64,000 nt of DNA, taken from Dehalococcoidia bacterium. GTDB taxonomy: Bacteria; Chloroflexota; Dehalococcoidia; Lucifugimonadales; Lucifugimonadaceae. The stretch covers positions 1,050,714 to 1,114,713 of the forward strand of contig CBDDDP010000004.1 of the NCBI GenBank assembly GCA_965226685.1, in the 5' to 3' direction. Made by a program: the position numbers and the translations under genes. The notes under the pieces are model-generated. The model searched no databases, was not told the DNA's origin, and saw nothing but the letters and a program-made list of their open reading frames with translations. Shown in pieces: positions 63,392 through 64,000 of this stretch (its first letter is position 1; each line of letters begins with the position of its first letter).

Positions 63392-63520
63392 CTTTTGGCC
63401 GTTAACAACGCGTTGATCAAGCAAACCACGTCTCGGTACAGCTTCTCGACTTTGACTTAACGGGATGTGAATGAACTCGTACGCCGACGTGCGAGAATTC
63501 CTCCCGTTTATGATTAGCAC

Positions 63521-64000
63521 ATGGTTATCAACGCGCTATTGATCGTATGCGCACTTCTTGGTAGCGCTTTCATTTCGGCTGCCGAATCGGCGTTGCTCAG
63601 CGCTCGACCGTCGCACATCCAACACCTCGCTGAGAATGGCGATCGACGAGCTCATGCTGTGATGCGCGTGCTCGAGCGGCACGGGAATTTTTTCGCGACG
63701 ATCCTTCTCGTCGGGAATCTGTTCAACGTGCTCGTCGCTACGGCGTCGACCAGCTTGATCATCAACTCGATCGGCGGCGGCGAGAACACCGTCCTTACAA
63801 CGATCATTTCAACCGCTGCCGCGACCGTGATGGTCTACATCGTCGGCGAACTCACGCCCAAGACGCTCGGAGCTATAGCGCCAGAAACATGGTCGCTGGC
63901 AGTCGCCCACATAATCCTCGCCATCATGACGGTATCGAAGCCGATCGTGTGGGTATTCACCCTCCTCCCGCTCGGGTTGCTTCGATTGTTCGGCGTCTCC
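63521..64000 (+). CDS. CNNM/DUF21 (TlyC/CorC-family) membrane protein, partial (runs off window end)
   Basis: ATG 63521, with the frame open to the window end (160 codons). MVINALLIVCALLGSAFISAAESALLS...FFATILLVGNLFNVLVATA...YIVGELTPKTLG is the DUF21 N-terminal pattern. Absent from the ORF track because there is no stop in the window. Confidence 0.75.
   Translation, partial: MVINALLIVCALLGSAFISAAESALLSARPSHIQHLAENGDRRAHAVMRVLERHGNFFATILLVGNLFNVLVATASTSLIINSIGGGENTVLTTIISTAAATVMVYIVGELTPKTLGAIAPETWSLAVAHIILAIMTVSKPIVWVFTLLPLGLLRLFGVS

Noticed and set aside
1-64000. tRNA, rRNA, tmRNA, RNase P, SRP RNA, transposase, integrase and phage genes
   Set aside because: I scanned the intergenic gaps for hallmark strings (GGTTCGAATCC-type T-loops, GAGGAAAGTCC, the tmRNA 5' end) and the ORFs for DDE, tyrosine recombinase and capsid-like sequences, and found none. 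This was only an eyeball scan, so covariance-model searches should still be run.

Overview
A 64-kb piece of a bacterial chromosome, mid-50s % GC by eye, densely coding on both strands. I cannot support any rRNA, tRNA, CRISPR array, transposase or integrase.

Layout:
(i) 0.9-11.2 kb, mixed housekeeping: 2-hydroxyacid dehydrogenase, Tag-like glycosylase, a thiolase-like/DUF35 pair split by a DUF2157/GDYXXLXY membrane module, argF, and der-plsY-gpsA.
(ii) 11.2-17.2 kb, minus strand: a peptide/nickel-type ABC importer (lipoprotein SBP plus two permeases, no ATPase) behind a frameshifted phosphodiesterase/alkaline-phosphatase-family gene.
(iii) 17.3-21.4 kb: hrcA-dnaJ-prmA-rsmE.
(iv) 22.9-27.0 kb: three tandem paralogous Pro/Thr-stalked envelope proteins sharing an unclassified C-terminal sorting-like cassette. 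This is the most unusual content of the window.
(v) 27.1-48.6 kb: an uninterrupted 37-gene minus-strand ribosomal superoperon (rpsL-rpsG-fusA, S10, spc, alpha, truA-rplM-rpsI). rpmJ and rpmD were recovered by hand because they fall below the ORF-track cutoff.
(vi) 48.8-59.2 kb, a glutamine-centred cluster: pseudo-receiver OmpR-type regulator, glnA, gltB, gltD, glutamine-dependent nadE.
(vii) htrA; a decayed stretch (frame-split lipoprotein, relic of a second htrA 3' end, G-depleted spacer); recA; and the start of a CNNM/DUF21 protein.

Gene order and protein features (Glu/Val-repeat lipoprotein linker, Pro/Thr stalks, Firmicute-like operon order) suggest a monoderm-type, possibly Chloroflexota-like lineage, but that is inference only. 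Three independent reading-frame anomalies (gpsA start, phosphodiesterase gene, lipoprotein) mean either real gene decay or single-base assembly errors.
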